NCBI GenBank assembly: GCA_946645685.1
Contig: CAMPCJ010000001.1
Location: forward strand, 1,167-65,166
Reading direction: 5' to 3'
DNA from: an uncultured Clostridia bacterium
GTDB taxonomy: Bacteria; Bacillota; Clostridia; Oscillospirales; SIG627
DNA length: 64,000 nt
Made by a program: the position numbers and the translations under genes. Shown in pieces: positions 55,265 to 64,000 of this stretch (positions are counted from its first letter, which is position 1; every line of letters starts with the position of its first letter). The notes beneath the pieces are model-generated. The model was not told the DNA's origin. It made no database searches and saw only the letters and a list, made by a program, of their open reading frames with translations.

Positions 55265-56004
55265 GTCGCTATCTTTTGGAACTGTCGTTCCTGGGAACGG
55301 GCTATCACGGCTGGCAGATCCAGGATAACGCCGTCACCGTTCAGGAAAAAGTGGAGAAGGCGCTGGGCGAGCTTTTTCGGGAAAAGATCGTCGTCCACAG
55401 CTGCAGCCGCACGGACGCGGGCGTTCACGCCCGGCAGTTCTTCTGCCACTTTGACGCGGCGTATCCCTTTCCGACGGATCGTTTGCCTTACGCGCTGACC
55501 ACCCATTTGCCGCCGGATATCCGCCCCCTTTCCGCCCGGATCGTTCCGGACGGCTTTCACGCCCGTTACGATTGCCGGGGCAAAGAATATCGCTATGTGA
55601 TCGATAACAGCGTGATCGGCGACCCCTTCCTGCTGGATCGGGCGTGGCATTATCCCTTTCCTCTGGATGAAAAGGAATTGGATCAAACGGCGAAGGTATT
55701 TCTCGGTACGCATGATTTCGCCGCTTTCCGGGCGCAGGGTTCCCATGTGAAGAGTACGGTGCGTACCATGACCCGTTCCGACGTGGAGCGTGCCGGCGAC
55801 CGGGTGATCTTCACCGTGGCGGGGGACGGCTTTTTATACAATATGGTGCGGATCATGCTGGGCACCCTCATCGCGCATCAGAGAAAGAAGCTGGATCGGG
55901 AGCCTGCGGATATTTTTGAAACCGGCGACCGGACCCTGGCGGGGTTTACCGTTCCCCCCCAGGGACTGTATCTGGAAAAAGTTTTTTACGATCCGTTTGA
56001 ATGA
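55261..56004 (+). CDS. truA: tRNA pseudouridine(38-40) synthase TruA
   Basis: YLLELSFLGTGYHGWQIQ and catalytic Asp in SRTDAGVHA. GTG start overlaps the ecfT stop. Confidence 0.93.
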   Translation: MSRYLLELSFLGTGYHGWQIQDNAVTVQEKVEKALGELFREKIVVHSCSRTDAGVHARQFFCHFDAAYPFPTDRLPYALTTHLPPDIRPLSARIVPDGFHARYDCRGKEYRYVIDNSVIGDPFLLDRAWHYPFPLDEKELDQTAKVFLGTHDFAAFRAQGSHVKSTVRTMTRSDVERAGDRVIFTVAGDGFLYNMVRIMLGTLIAHQRKKLDREPADIFETGDRTLAGFTVPPQGLYLEKVFYDPFE

Positions 56005-56033
56005 CGGGCATTGCCGGAGAAAGGAGGAAAAAA

Positions 56034-57185
56034 ATGGCAGAAACATCGGTCAAAAAGACCAACGCTCTCGTGAAGAAATATCGCTTGTATAAGTATATAA
56101 CCCTGGGCGTCCTCGTGCTGTTCCTCCTTTCCGGGCTGATCTTGTTTCAAAAGGATATCACCCTGGAAAACCTGCGTCATATGGTCAAGAACGTCAATTA
56201 TATCACCGCCGGCGCCGGGGACGGATCCACCATCATGTACGACGCGGATACAGAGAACGTATATACCTCCTTCCGCGGTGACCTCGCCGTTGTCAATCAC
56301 GGCGGGATGGCACTCTATGACCGGGCGGGAAACGCCATTCTGACGGATTCCTTCAATATGACCAGCCCTGTTTCGGAGGCGGGAGAAAAGTTTTTGATCG
56401 TTTACGATCTGGGTGGGTATAATCTGAAAGTGTATAATTCCTTTTCACTTCTGCACGAGGAAACGTACGATTACCCCATCCAGTCGGTATCCGTTAACGC
56501 CGCGGGCTACTACTGCGTCGCGACCGCTCAGCGTTCCTACCACGCCGCCGTTGTCGTGTATAACGATGATTTCAAAGAGGTCTTTCGTTGGCTCAGCGCG
56601 GAAAAATTTGTCACGGACTGCGTGCTGACGGATACGGAGGCGCTGTTCATCACCACCATCCGCGTGGAGGAAGGCGATCTGGTGGGGGAAGTGGTAGAGT
56701 TGAAGGTGGGGAGAGACGAGGTCGTTTCATCCTATGAATTGGCGGACGAGATGCCTGTGGATATCGCGTGGACGCGCCGGGGCGTTTTGTACCTGACGGA
56801 TTCCTCGCTGCGGTTTCTGAAAGACGGCGTGGAGCAGAACGCCACGACCTTTTCCAATCGCTCCCTGGAGAAAGCCGTTATGGGCACCTCGCTCTGTGTA
56901 GCGGCACAAAACGAACTTTCCGTTGGCGTTTCCGTTAAACTTCGTTTGTTTGATCGGGAAGGGCGGGAGATCGTTTCCCGGGACTTTTCCGCGCAGATCC
57001 AGGATCTGGAAGTGTACGAGAACCAGGTGTTTATATTAACCTACAACCATTTGTACCGTCTGTCTGCGGACGGGGCTTGGTCGGAATTCGATATCGACGG
57101 GGATTATTCCGCCCTTGCCATCTTAGGGCAGGATACCGTGGCGTTGTGTTCGGACGCGAAAGCGGAGATCAAGGTCCTGTCGTGA
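56034..57185 (+). CDS. hypothetical membrane-anchored protein (single N-terminal TM, beta-rich ectodomain)
   Basis: Strong RBS (AAAGGAGGAAAAAAATG) and TM helix ITLGVLVLFLLSGLILF. I cannot confirm any family. Confidence 0.6.
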   Translation: MAETSVKKTNALVKKYRLYKYITLGVLVLFLLSGLILFQKDITLENLRHMVKNVNYITAGAGDGSTIMYDADTENVYTSFRGDLAVVNHGGMALYDRAGNAILTDSFNMTSPVSEAGEKFLIVYDLGGYNLKVYNSFSLLHEETYDYPIQSVSVNAAGYYCVATAQRSYHAAVVVYNDDFKEVFRWLSAEKFVTDCVLTDTEALFITTIRVEEGDLVGEVVELKVGRDEVVSSYELADEMPVDIAWTRRGVLYLTDSSLRFLKDGVEQNATTFSNRSLEKAVMGTSLCVAAQNELSVGVSVKLRLFDREGREIVSRDFSAQIQDLEVYENQVFILTYNHLYRLSADGAWSEFDIDGDYSALAILGQDTVALCSDAKAEIKVLS

Positions 57186-57197
57186 TCGGAGTGTTTT

Positions 57198-57899
57198 ATG
57201 ACCTATCTCTTGTTTGATCTGGTAGCTCTCGCCATTATCGTCTGCTGTGCGGCGATCGGCTATTCCAGAGGATTTATCAAAACGTTTTTCGGCCTGTTCG
57301 GCTTTGTTATAGCCATCGTTCTTGCTTTGCTTCTGGCGGCGCCGCTGGCGGAGTTCCTCCGGGAAAAACTCATTGAGCCGGCGTTGTCATCCCTCTTTCT
57401 GGACAAGCTTTCCAAGGAGACGATGCAAAGCCCCGCGGAAGTGGACTTTTCCGCGTTGCCCGCCGGGGCGCTGGCGTTGTTTTCCCGCTTCGGGATCTCG
57501 CCGGAGGCTTTGGCGAACCGCATTTTGGAAGCCGGAACGAATATGGGACAGGAGTTGGCGCGCTCGCTTGCGGAAGCGGCTGTATCCCGCGCCGCCGTGA
57601 CCCTGTCTCACGCAGTCGCTTTCATATCCGTATTCGTTCTTTCCTCCGTTGTCATCAAGATCCTGACCCGCGTTCTGGATCTGGTGGCAAAGGTTCCCGG
57701 CCTCCATTTCTCAAACCGTGTTTTCGGGCTCCTGGCGGGGATCGGGGAAGGGCTGGCGCTGGCGTACGTGTACGCCCACGTCCTCGCTCTGCTTCAGCCG
57801 ACCATGCAGGGCTCCGACATCGCCTGGCTCAATCATTTTTCCGTTGAAAGCACCTACCTTGTCCGCTTTTTGTCCGGGGTCCGCCCGGGTGCATCATAA
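57198..57899 (+). CDS. cvpA: CvpA-family membrane protein
   Basis: N-terminus DLVALAIIVCCAAIGYSRGFIKTFFGLFGFVIAIVLALLLA, typical of CvpA; four TM helices. Confidence 0.7.
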   Translation: MTYLLFDLVALAIIVCCAAIGYSRGFIKTFFGLFGFVIAIVLALLLAAPLAEFLREKLIEPALSSLFLDKLSKETMQSPAEVDFSALPAGALALFSRFGISPEALANRILEAGTNMGQELARSLAEAAVSRAAVTLSHAVAFISVFVLSSVVIKILTRVLDLVAKVPGLHFSNRVFGLLAGIGEGLALAYVYAHVLALLQPTMQGSDIAWLNHFSVESTYLVRFLSGVRPGAS

Positions 57900-57916
57900 C
57901 GTTAAAGAGGTTTTAC

Positions 57917-58534
57917 ATGGCAGTATTTAAAAAAGAACAGATCCCCAATTACATTTCTATTTTTCGCATCATCTTGATCCCGCTCTACGTGTTGTTCTTT
58001 TTTGGGATCATCCCGTCGTTTGACAGCCTGATCTCGTCCGGCATCATCTTCTTTGTGGCTGGCGTCAGCGACCTGGTGGACGGGTATCTTGCCCGAAAGA
58101 ACAACTGGATCACGGATCTGGGAAAGTTGCTCGATCCCTTCGCGGACAAGATGATGGAGCTGACCATCAACATCTGCATGGCGATCCGTTTTCAGGGGGC
58201 GTTCATCATTCTCGCCGGCTTTACCATTCTGAAGGAAGCCGTGATGATCGTGGGCGCATACATCATTTTGAAGCACGGAAAGATCGCCGTCTCCAGCGTT
58301 TGGTACGGCAAGGCGGCTACCTTCGCGTGGTTTTTGACCGTTTTCTCCGTGAGTTTTATCCCGGCGGCGGCGCCGCTGCGGCAATATTTTTGCGCCGTTC
58401 TCATCGGATTTATGATCTTTGCCTTCGTTATGTACGTCATCCATTTCAAGGATGCCATCGCCAAGACCTGGGCAGAGCTTCACAAAGATAAAGAAACGAA
58501 TGCCTCGCAGGAAGAGGCGGAGGAAATCGAATGA
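57917..58534 (+). CDS. pgsA: CDP-diacylglycerol--glycerol-3-phosphate 3-phosphatidyltransferase
   Basis: CDP-alcohol phosphatidyltransferase motif SDLVDGYLARKNNWITDLGKLLDPFADK. Confidence 0.88.
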   Translation: MAVFKKEQIPNYISIFRIILIPLYVLFFFGIIPSFDSLISSGIIFFVAGVSDLVDGYLARKNNWITDLGKLLDPFADKMMELTINICMAIRFQGAFIILAGFTILKEAVMIVGAYIILKHGKIAVSSVWYGKAATFAWFLTVFSVSFIPAAAPLRQYFCAVLIGFMIFAFVMYVIHFKDAIAKTWAELHKDKETNASQEEAEEIE

Positions 58535-60810
58535 AATTGTGTTCCCGTTGCAACAAGCGTCCTGCCGTGATCTATATCAACAAGATCCAGGGGGACAAAG
58601 TATCTACCGAGGGCTTGTGTATGCACTGCGCCCGCGAAATGAAGATCAAGCCTTTCAGTGACTATATGGATCAGATGGGCATCAAGGACGACGATATGGA
58701 CGTTCTGGAAGAACAGATGGGTCATATGATGGAGGGGGTCGAGCCCGGTGAGGGCGGAATGCCTACCTTCGATCTGAAAAATCTGTTCGGCGGCAATATC
58801 GAACCCACCGAAGCGGAAAACGACGCGGTGGAGAAAGAGGACGCTTCCGAAGATCAAAAGGAAGAGGGCGAAAAGAAGAAAAAGAAAAAGCACGGCAAGA
58901 TGCTGGACACCTATTGTCTGGATCTGACCGGGCGCGCCTCGGAAGGCAAGCTGGACCGGGTGATCGGGCGTGAAGCGGAGCTGGATCGGGTGATCCAGAT
59001 CCTTTGCCGCCGTCAAAAGAACAATCCCTGTCTCATCGGTGAGCCGGGTGTGGGCAAGACCGCCATCGCGGAAGCGCTGGCGTCCCGCATCGCGGAGAAA
59101 AAAGTACCTTACCGGCTTCTGAACAAAGAGGTCTTCCTGCTGGATCTTACGGGACTCGTGGCGGGCACGCATTTCCGCGGGCAGTTTGAAGGACGAGTCA
59201 AGAGCCTGGTGGAAGAGATCAAAAAACTGGGCAACGTGATCCTGGTCATCGATGAGGTGCATACCATCGTGGGCGCCGGGGATTCCGAAGGAGGCATGAG
59301 CGCCGCCAATATTTTAAAGCCCGCCCTTTCCCGGGGTGAGATCCAGCTCATCGGCGCCACCACACTGGCGGAATATAGGAAGTACATCGAAAAGGACCAG
59401 GCGCTGGAGCGCCGCTTCCAGCCGGTCATGGTGGAGGAGCCCAGCGTAGAGAAGACCGTGGAGATCCTGAAGGGCGTTAAGAAATACTACGAGACCTACC
59501 ACGGCTTGCGGGTGCCGGATCGTATCCTGCGCACTACCGTGCTTCTGTCCGAGCGGTATATCACCGACCGTTTTTTGCCGGATAAAGCCATTGATATTCT
59601 GGATGAGGCCTGCGCCAAAAAGAATATCGACAGCGACGTGATCAACCGTCTGGACGCCTTGAAGGATGAAATGGAACGGGAAAAGAAGGAGCGGGAGGAG
59701 CTGGAGGCAAAGTCCGACCCGGACGACGCCACCTACGCCCGTATGGCGGAGCTGAAGGTCAGCGAAGCCCGGCAGGCGGAAGAGTTTGAAAGCCTGTCCC
59801 GCCGCCGGGACGGGATCGAGATCACCGTGGAGGACGTTGCCCGGGTCATCGAATCCTGGACGGGCATTCCCGCTTCCAGTATTTCCGAAAATGAATTTGA
59901 AAAGATCGCCGGATTGGAAGAGGAATTGAAGCGGCACATTATCGGGCAGGATAAGGCGGTGAGCGCCGTTTGCCGTGCCATCAAGCGCCACAGAGCCGGG
60001 ATCTATATAAAGAAAAAGCCCGCAAGCTTTATCTTTGCGGGACCCACCGGCGTGGGGAAAACCGAGCTTGTCAAGCAGCTGGCGATGCAGCTCTTCGATA
60101 AGCCCGAGTCTTTGATCCGGCTGGATATGTCCGAGTTTATGGAGAAGCACTCCGTCTCCCGGATCATCGGCTCTCCTCCCGGATACGTGGGCTATGACGA
60201 CGCGGGGCAGTTGACGGAAAAGATCCGCCGCAAGCCTTATTCCGTGGTGCTGTTCGACGAGATCGAAAAGGCGCACCCCGACGTTTTGAACATCCTTTTG
60301 CAGATCCTGGACGAGGGAAGGATCACGGACGCTCACGGCAAGGAAGTCAATTTTGAGAACACTGTGATCATTATGACGACCAACGCCGGCGCCAACGCGG
60401 GAAGCGTTGTTTCCGGCTTTGGCGAGAGCGGTGTGGAAACGGAAGAGAAGCGGACGATGAAAGGGCTGGAAAGTTTTCTCCGTCCCGAATTCATCAACCG
60501 CGTGGATGAGATCATCACCTTCTCCCACCTCACCCGGGAGGATTTCCGGGGGATCGCTCTTTTGCGCTTGAACGATTTGAAACAGAGTATGGAAGAGAAG
60601 GGGATGGAGCTTCGCTTTGACGACAAGGTGGTCGTTTTCGTGGCGGAGAAGTCCTACAGTGAAAAATACGGCGCGCGGAACATGGCGCGGTTTTTGCAGA
60701 CCGAAGCGGAAGACCGCATCGCCCAATGCGTTATCGATCACTATTTGGAGAAGCCCTCCGCCATACGTCTTTCCGTCAAAGACGACCATTTGGAAGCGAT
60801 TCCGGAGTAA
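58531..60810 (+). CDS. clpE: two-AAA+ Clp/Hsp100 ATPase with N-terminal zinc ribbon (ClpE-like)
   Basis: N-terminus MKLCSRCNKRPAVIYINKIQGDKVSTEGLCMHCAREM (CxxC...CxxC) in place of a Clp_N repeat. D1 GEPGVGKTAIAEAL, D2 GPTGVGKTELVKQLA, a short coiled-coil M-region, and VSGFGE as a possible ClpP-docking loop. ATGA overlap with pgsA. Confidence 0.85.
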   Translation: MKLCSRCNKRPAVIYINKIQGDKVSTEGLCMHCAREMKIKPFSDYMDQMGIKDDDMDVLEEQMGHMMEGVEPGEGGMPTFDLKNLFGGNIEPTEAENDAVEKEDASEDQKEEGEKKKKKKHGKMLDTYCLDLTGRASEGKLDRVIGREAELDRVIQILCRRQKNNPCLIGEPGVGKTAIAEALASRIAEKKVPYRLLNKEVFLLDLTGLVAGTHFRGQFEGRVKSLVEEIKKLGNVILVIDEVHTIVGAGDSEGGMSAANILKPALSRGEIQLIGATTLAEYRKYIEKDQALERRFQPVMVEEPSVEKTVEILKGVKKYYETYHGLRVPDRILRTTVLLSERYITDRFLPDKAIDILDEACAKKNIDSDVINRLDALKDEMEREKKEREELEAKSDPDDATYARMAELKVSEARQAEEFESLSRRRDGIEITVEDVARVIESWTGIPASSISENEFEKIAGLEEELKRHIIGQDKAVSAVCRAIKRHRAGIYIKKKPASFIFAGPTGVGKTELVKQLAMQLFDKPESLIRLDMSEFMEKHSVSRIIGSPPGYVGYDDAGQLTEKIRRKPYSVVLFDEIEKAHPDVLNILLQILDEGRITDAHGKEVNFENTVIIMTTNAGANAGSVVSGFGESGVETEEKRTMKGLESFLRPEFINRVDEIITFSHLTREDFRGIALLRLNDLKQSMEEKGMELRFDDKVVVFVAEKSYSEKYGARNMARFLQTEAEDRIAQCVIDHYLEKPSAIRLSVKDDHLEAIPE

Positions 60811-60815
60811 GCGGA

Positions 60816-63776
60816 ATGAATCTGCTTGAAGTCGATCTGGAGAAGCTGATCAGCATCCTGGGCACGGATATCCGTCTCGGGCTCACCGGAGAGCAGGTCC
60901 TTCGCAACCGACGGGAATTCGGGGAGAACGAGCTTGTGAAAAAGAGGCATACCGCCTCCTCTCTTGCCGGGAAAATCTTCGGCGACGTGATGATGATCAT
61001 TTTCCTGGTGACAGGCTTGTTTGATTATCTCACCCATCACAACGCCGTTTCCTCGATCTGCGTGATCTTCGCCTCTCTGTTATACGCGGCGCTGGTGTTT
61101 GGCTCCTTTGCCTATATCCGGGGCGTGGAGGCGCGCATCCTGCCCTATGCGGGCGGGAAAGTACACGTGCGCCGGAACGGGCGGATCGTTTCCGTCTTGC
61201 GGAGCGAACTGGTGCCGGGGGATATCCTGATCCTGGAAAAGGGGGACGTGATCCCCTGCGACGGCGTCGTACTGGCGGAAAAGGATCTGTTCGTTTTGGA
61301 AGCGAGCGGGAAGCACACCCTTACCCCGTCTGTCAAACACAGCCACAGCCTGGTCAGCGCCGATGACAACGGCGTTTATCGGGATTGTCTCGTCTACGCC
61401 GGCAGCGTGGTGCTGGCAGGAGGCGCCCGCGTGTTCGTTTGTAACACCGGGGAGAATATCGTGGGTTTGGATAATCGCTCCGTCGCCCGCCAGGCGGGGG
61501 AGGAGAGCCGGATCTTCAAGCTGGTGATGAGCCTAAAAAAAGAGATCATGCTGATTTGGGTCTTCGCCTGCTTTATCATCTTTGCCTGGGGCGTCTTTCG
61601 CGGGCAGGACGTTTTCTCCATCTTTTATTACGGCGTTGCGATGGTGGTGGCGGCGTTCCCGTCCTCCGTGGAGTATTTCTGCTCCCTTTCCGGTGCCTAT
61701 ATGAGGGATCGCCTGTTCCGCGCCGGCGCCATCCTGCGGGATCCTTCCGCCGTCGACCGGATGTGCGACGTCAACCGCGTTTTTGTCCATTCGGCGGATT
61801 TTCTGTTTCACGATAAGCCTCTTGCCGCAACGTACTTCATCGGGGATAAGGAGTATGATTTCCGGGCGGATCACGTTCCCGCCAAGCCCCTTTTGGAAGA
61901 TATGCTGCTTTCGGAAATGTCCCCGGCGTATCTGAACGATCCCAGACACAAGGATGAAAAGAACACCGAAAACGTCATCCTGTCAGCCGCCGCTCGCTGC
62001 GGTTTGCAGAAGCGCCGGCTGGAACGGGATTATCTGCACATCAAGCGTGTGGATCCGGACGGGTATCAAAAACTGTCCCGGGTCCTGGTCATGCGCTCTG
62101 AGCGATACCGGCTGATCGTCCGGGGGGATCCCCGGAGCGTTTTGGCGCTCTGCACCTCGTACCGGAGCGGGCCGGATGATCTTCCTTTGACGGAAGGGAT
62201 GACGCTCTCCATACGCGCCGCCTTTCGCCGGCTTGCCGGGAACTGTGAGCGATTTGTGGCAGTGGCGGAGCTTTCGCTTTCATCTCCTCCCGAGGGAGAT
62301 CTGATCGAATGCTGTAAGAATATGACCTATATGGGCGTTTTGGGTTTGTCCACCCCGGTCAGCGCCTCCGCGTCAGAAGCCATCAACGGCTGCGCCAAGG
62401 CGGGCATCCATACCTACCTGCTCACAGATGATTATCCCGAAACGGTCGAGTCACTTGCCAAAAGCGTGTCCATCATCCGGGAGGGAGATTATCCGGGCGC
62501 TCTGCGGTACGAGAGTTTTCTCCGGATGGATCACGGCGTCTTTGTGGCGGATGTGGAGCAGTATAAAGCCTTCTGCCGCTTCCCCGCGGAAGAAAAACGG
62601 AACGTCATTAGCTGCCATAAGAAAAACGGGAACGTGACCCTGTCTTTGACCGATACCTCGCGGGATATCCTGCCTCAGATGGAGGCGGACGTTTCCGTGG
62701 CGTCTCTGGGGGAGAGAAGTCCGGCGCTTCGCCTGAACGCGGACGTTTTGACCCGGGATAAGGATTTTGACCTGGTGCCGCTTTGCATTCGATGGTCGCG
62801 GCTGTTATATCAGAACGTGGTGCATATTCTGCAATTTCTGATCCTTTTGCAGGTATCCTTGTTCTTTTCAGTCTTTCTCAGCTTGGCGTTGAACAGGGAC
62901 ACGGTACTGCCTCTTCCCGCCATGCTTTTGGCGGGGCTCGGCGCGGCGCTGCCCTGTGTGTTCAACATCTACCACCGCCGGCCGGGTCCGGGAATGCCCC
63001 GGAAGGTGGGCGTTTTGAAAAACAGGATCAATTCTCTGCAGCTTCTGATCATCATGCCCGCCCTGGCGGGCTTGATGGGCGCGGCGGTAATGACCCTTTC
63101 CCGGCAGATCACGCTTTTTTCTTCCGGGAGCAGTGACGCGGCGGGAGGCGCCGCTCTGTTGACCTTCGTCTTTTCCGCCTGGTTTGCGTCTCTTTCCTTG
63201 AAAACGGAAGGAAATGTTTTCAGACATCTGCATCAGATCGGGAAAACGGGGCTCGTCACGCTTTTGGGAACGATCCTTGCAGCCGCCCTCGCGGTCTTCT
63301 CCCCCTTTGCCGCTTTGTATAATCCCTCCTATGAAGAATTCGGGTCGGGGCTTACCTTTGCCACCGTTTTTCTTGCGATCCTTCTTTCCCTGTTCCCGAT
63401 GCTGATCATGGAGTTTATGAAGTACCTGAAGCGGGATCGCCGTCGCGGCGCGAACCGCAAAAAACGAGAGAAAAAAGAAGCCGCCTTTTTCAAAAAGCTT
63501 GCGGACAAGCTGGCGAAGCGTAAAAAAACGCTTGCATCGGAAGAAAAGGAAAGCGCCGCTGAGGAGATCCGTCTCCCCGAAGAGCCGGAGGAAACGCCTC
63601 TCCCCGAAGAGGTGGAGGAGCCGGCGGCGGAAGAAACAACCGTTGAAAATGATCTCAAGGAATTGCTTGCGATCATTCAAAAAACGGATGATCCGGGAGC
63701 GGGCGAACCGAATGAGTCGGAAGAGCCCGCGGAAGCGGATGATCCGGAACGATCAGAAAGGAGTGAAGAAACATGA
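60816..63776 (+). CDS. P-type ATPase homolog (P2-like architecture) lacking the catalytic signature motifs
   Basis: Cation_ATPase_N-like start (LGLTGEQVLRNRREFGENEL), ELVPGDILILEKGDVIPCDG, 10-TM layout, RGDPRSVL (KGAPE-like). However, DKTGT is replaced by HSADF (61788-61805), TGES by GKHT, PEGL by PSSV, TGD by TDD, and GDGVND by TDTSRD. A roughly 150-aa Lys/Glu/Pro-rich C-terminal tail follows. Confidence 0.8.
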   Translation: MNLLEVDLEKLISILGTDIRLGLTGEQVLRNRREFGENELVKKRHTASSLAGKIFGDVMMIIFLVTGLFDYLTHHNAVSSICVIFASLLYAALVFGSFAYIRGVEARILPYAGGKVHVRRNGRIVSVLRSELVPGDILILEKGDVIPCDGVVLAEKDLFVLEASGKHTLTPSVKHSHSLVSADDNGVYRDCLVYAGSVVLAGGARVFVCNTGENIVGLDNRSVARQAGEESRIFKLVMSLKKEIMLIWVFACFIIFAWGVFRGQDVFSIFYYGVAMVVAAFPSSVEYFCSLSGAYMRDRLFRAGAILRDPSAVDRMCDVNRVFVHSADFLFHDKPLAATYFIGDKEYDFRADHVPAKPLLEDMLLSEMSPAYLNDPRHKDEKNTENVILSAAARCGLQKRRLERDYLHIKRVDPDGYQKLSRVLVMRSERYRLIVRGDPRSVLALCTSYRSGPDDLPLTEGMTLSIRAAFRRLAGNCERFVAVAELSLSSPPEGDLIECCKNMTYMGVLGLSTPVSASASEAINGCAKAGIHTYLLTDDYPETVESLAKSVSIIREGDYPGALRYESFLRMDHGVFVADVEQYKAFCRFPAEEKRNVISCHKKNGNVTLSLTDTSRDILPQMEADVSVASLGERSPALRLNADVLTRDKDFDLVPLCIRWSRLLYQNVVHILQFLILLQVSLFFSVFLSLALNRDTVLPLPAMLLAGLGAALPCVFNIYHRRPGPGMPRKVGVLKNRINSLQLLIIMPALAGLMGAAVMTLSRQITLFSSGSSDAAGGAALLTFVFSAWFASLSLKTEGNVFRHLHQIGKTGLVTLLGTILAAALAVFSPFAALYNPSYEEFGSGLTFATVFLAILLSLFPMLIMEFMKYLKRDRRRGANRKKREKKEAAFFKKLADKLAKRKKTLASEEKESAAEEIRLPEEPEETPLPEEVEEPAAEETTVENDLKELLAIIQKTDDPGAGEPNESEEPAEADDPERSERSEET

Positions 63777-63976
63777 TCGTTACAAAAGACACCATTATCG
63801 GAGAAGTGCTGGACGCAGACGTGGAGACCGCGCCTTACTTCCTGGAGATCGGGATGCACTGCCTGGGCTGTCCCGCGTCCCGGGGCGAGTCCATCGAGGC
63901 GGCTTGCGCCGTCCACGGCACCGATCCCGCTCAGCTCGTCGAGAAGCTCAATGCCCACTTCGCCGACAAGGCGTAA
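63773..63976 (+). CDS. DUF1858-like small redox-disulfide protein (hybrid-cluster-protein-associated type)
   Basis: 67 aa with ...APYFLEIGMHCLGCPASRGESIEAACAVHG... (CxxC). AAAGGAG RBS. ATGA overlap with the upstream ATPase-like gene. Confidence 0.7.
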   Translation: MIVTKDTIIGEVLDADVETAPYFLEIGMHCLGCPASRGESIEAACAVHGTDPAQLVEKLNAHFADKA

Positions 63977-64000
63977 GACGGCGAGCCTCCCGGAGCGGCT

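Noticed and set aside
1-64000. A search across the whole window for CRISPR arrays, tRNA/rRNA genes, IS elements, integrases, prophage modules, toxin-antitoxin pairs and known defence-system signatures.
   Set aside because: None was seen. There is no regularly spaced direct-repeat array, no cloverleaf-compatible or rRNA-like non-coding stretch (the largest gap is 391 nt), and no transposase, recombinase or nuclease-NTPase pairs other than the features reported above.

Overview
This 64-kb window is a densely packed chromosomal segment (about 53 protein genes) from a high-GC, endospore-forming, Clostridia-like Firmicute. Calls rest on motif recognition and ORF, RBS and promoter context only; no searches were run. 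I found no rRNA, tRNA, CRISPR array, transposase, integrase or phage module.

Most of the window is conserved housekeeping:
- metK, aspS, glyQS
- tilS-hpt-ftsH
- gdpP-rplI-dnaB
- a parC-like gene, hflX, rpmE, upp, recG, fba
- ruvCAB
- ecfA-ecfA'-ecfT-truA
- cvpA-pgsA
- hppA
- the spore-cortex genes cwlD and pdaA

The parts worth a second look are:
1. Three tandem paralogous secreted proteins at 23.8-28.5 kb. Two end in a non-LPXTG tripartite signal: A-S-[ST]-[NQ]-T-G-D, a hydrophobic helix, then KKR(R)K.
2. An ABC / small-protein / ABC cassette at 37.1-42.3 kb. Both exporter halves carry a paralogous cytoplasmic N-terminal domain that ends in a CPxC...CPxC zinc ribbon.
3. A P-type-ATPase homolog with no DKTGT, TGES or GDGxND motif, translationally coupled to a DUF1858-like redox mini-protein.
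4. A membrane-embedded SMC/Rad50-like ATPase translationally coupled to recG, behind a promoter overlapped by a perfect 23-bp palindrome.
5. Two more probable pseudoenzymes: an MgsA-like and an NlpC/P60-like protein with substituted catalytic residues.

None of these is demonstrably a new system from sequence alone. Many very long antisense ORFs are treated as high-GC artefacts.
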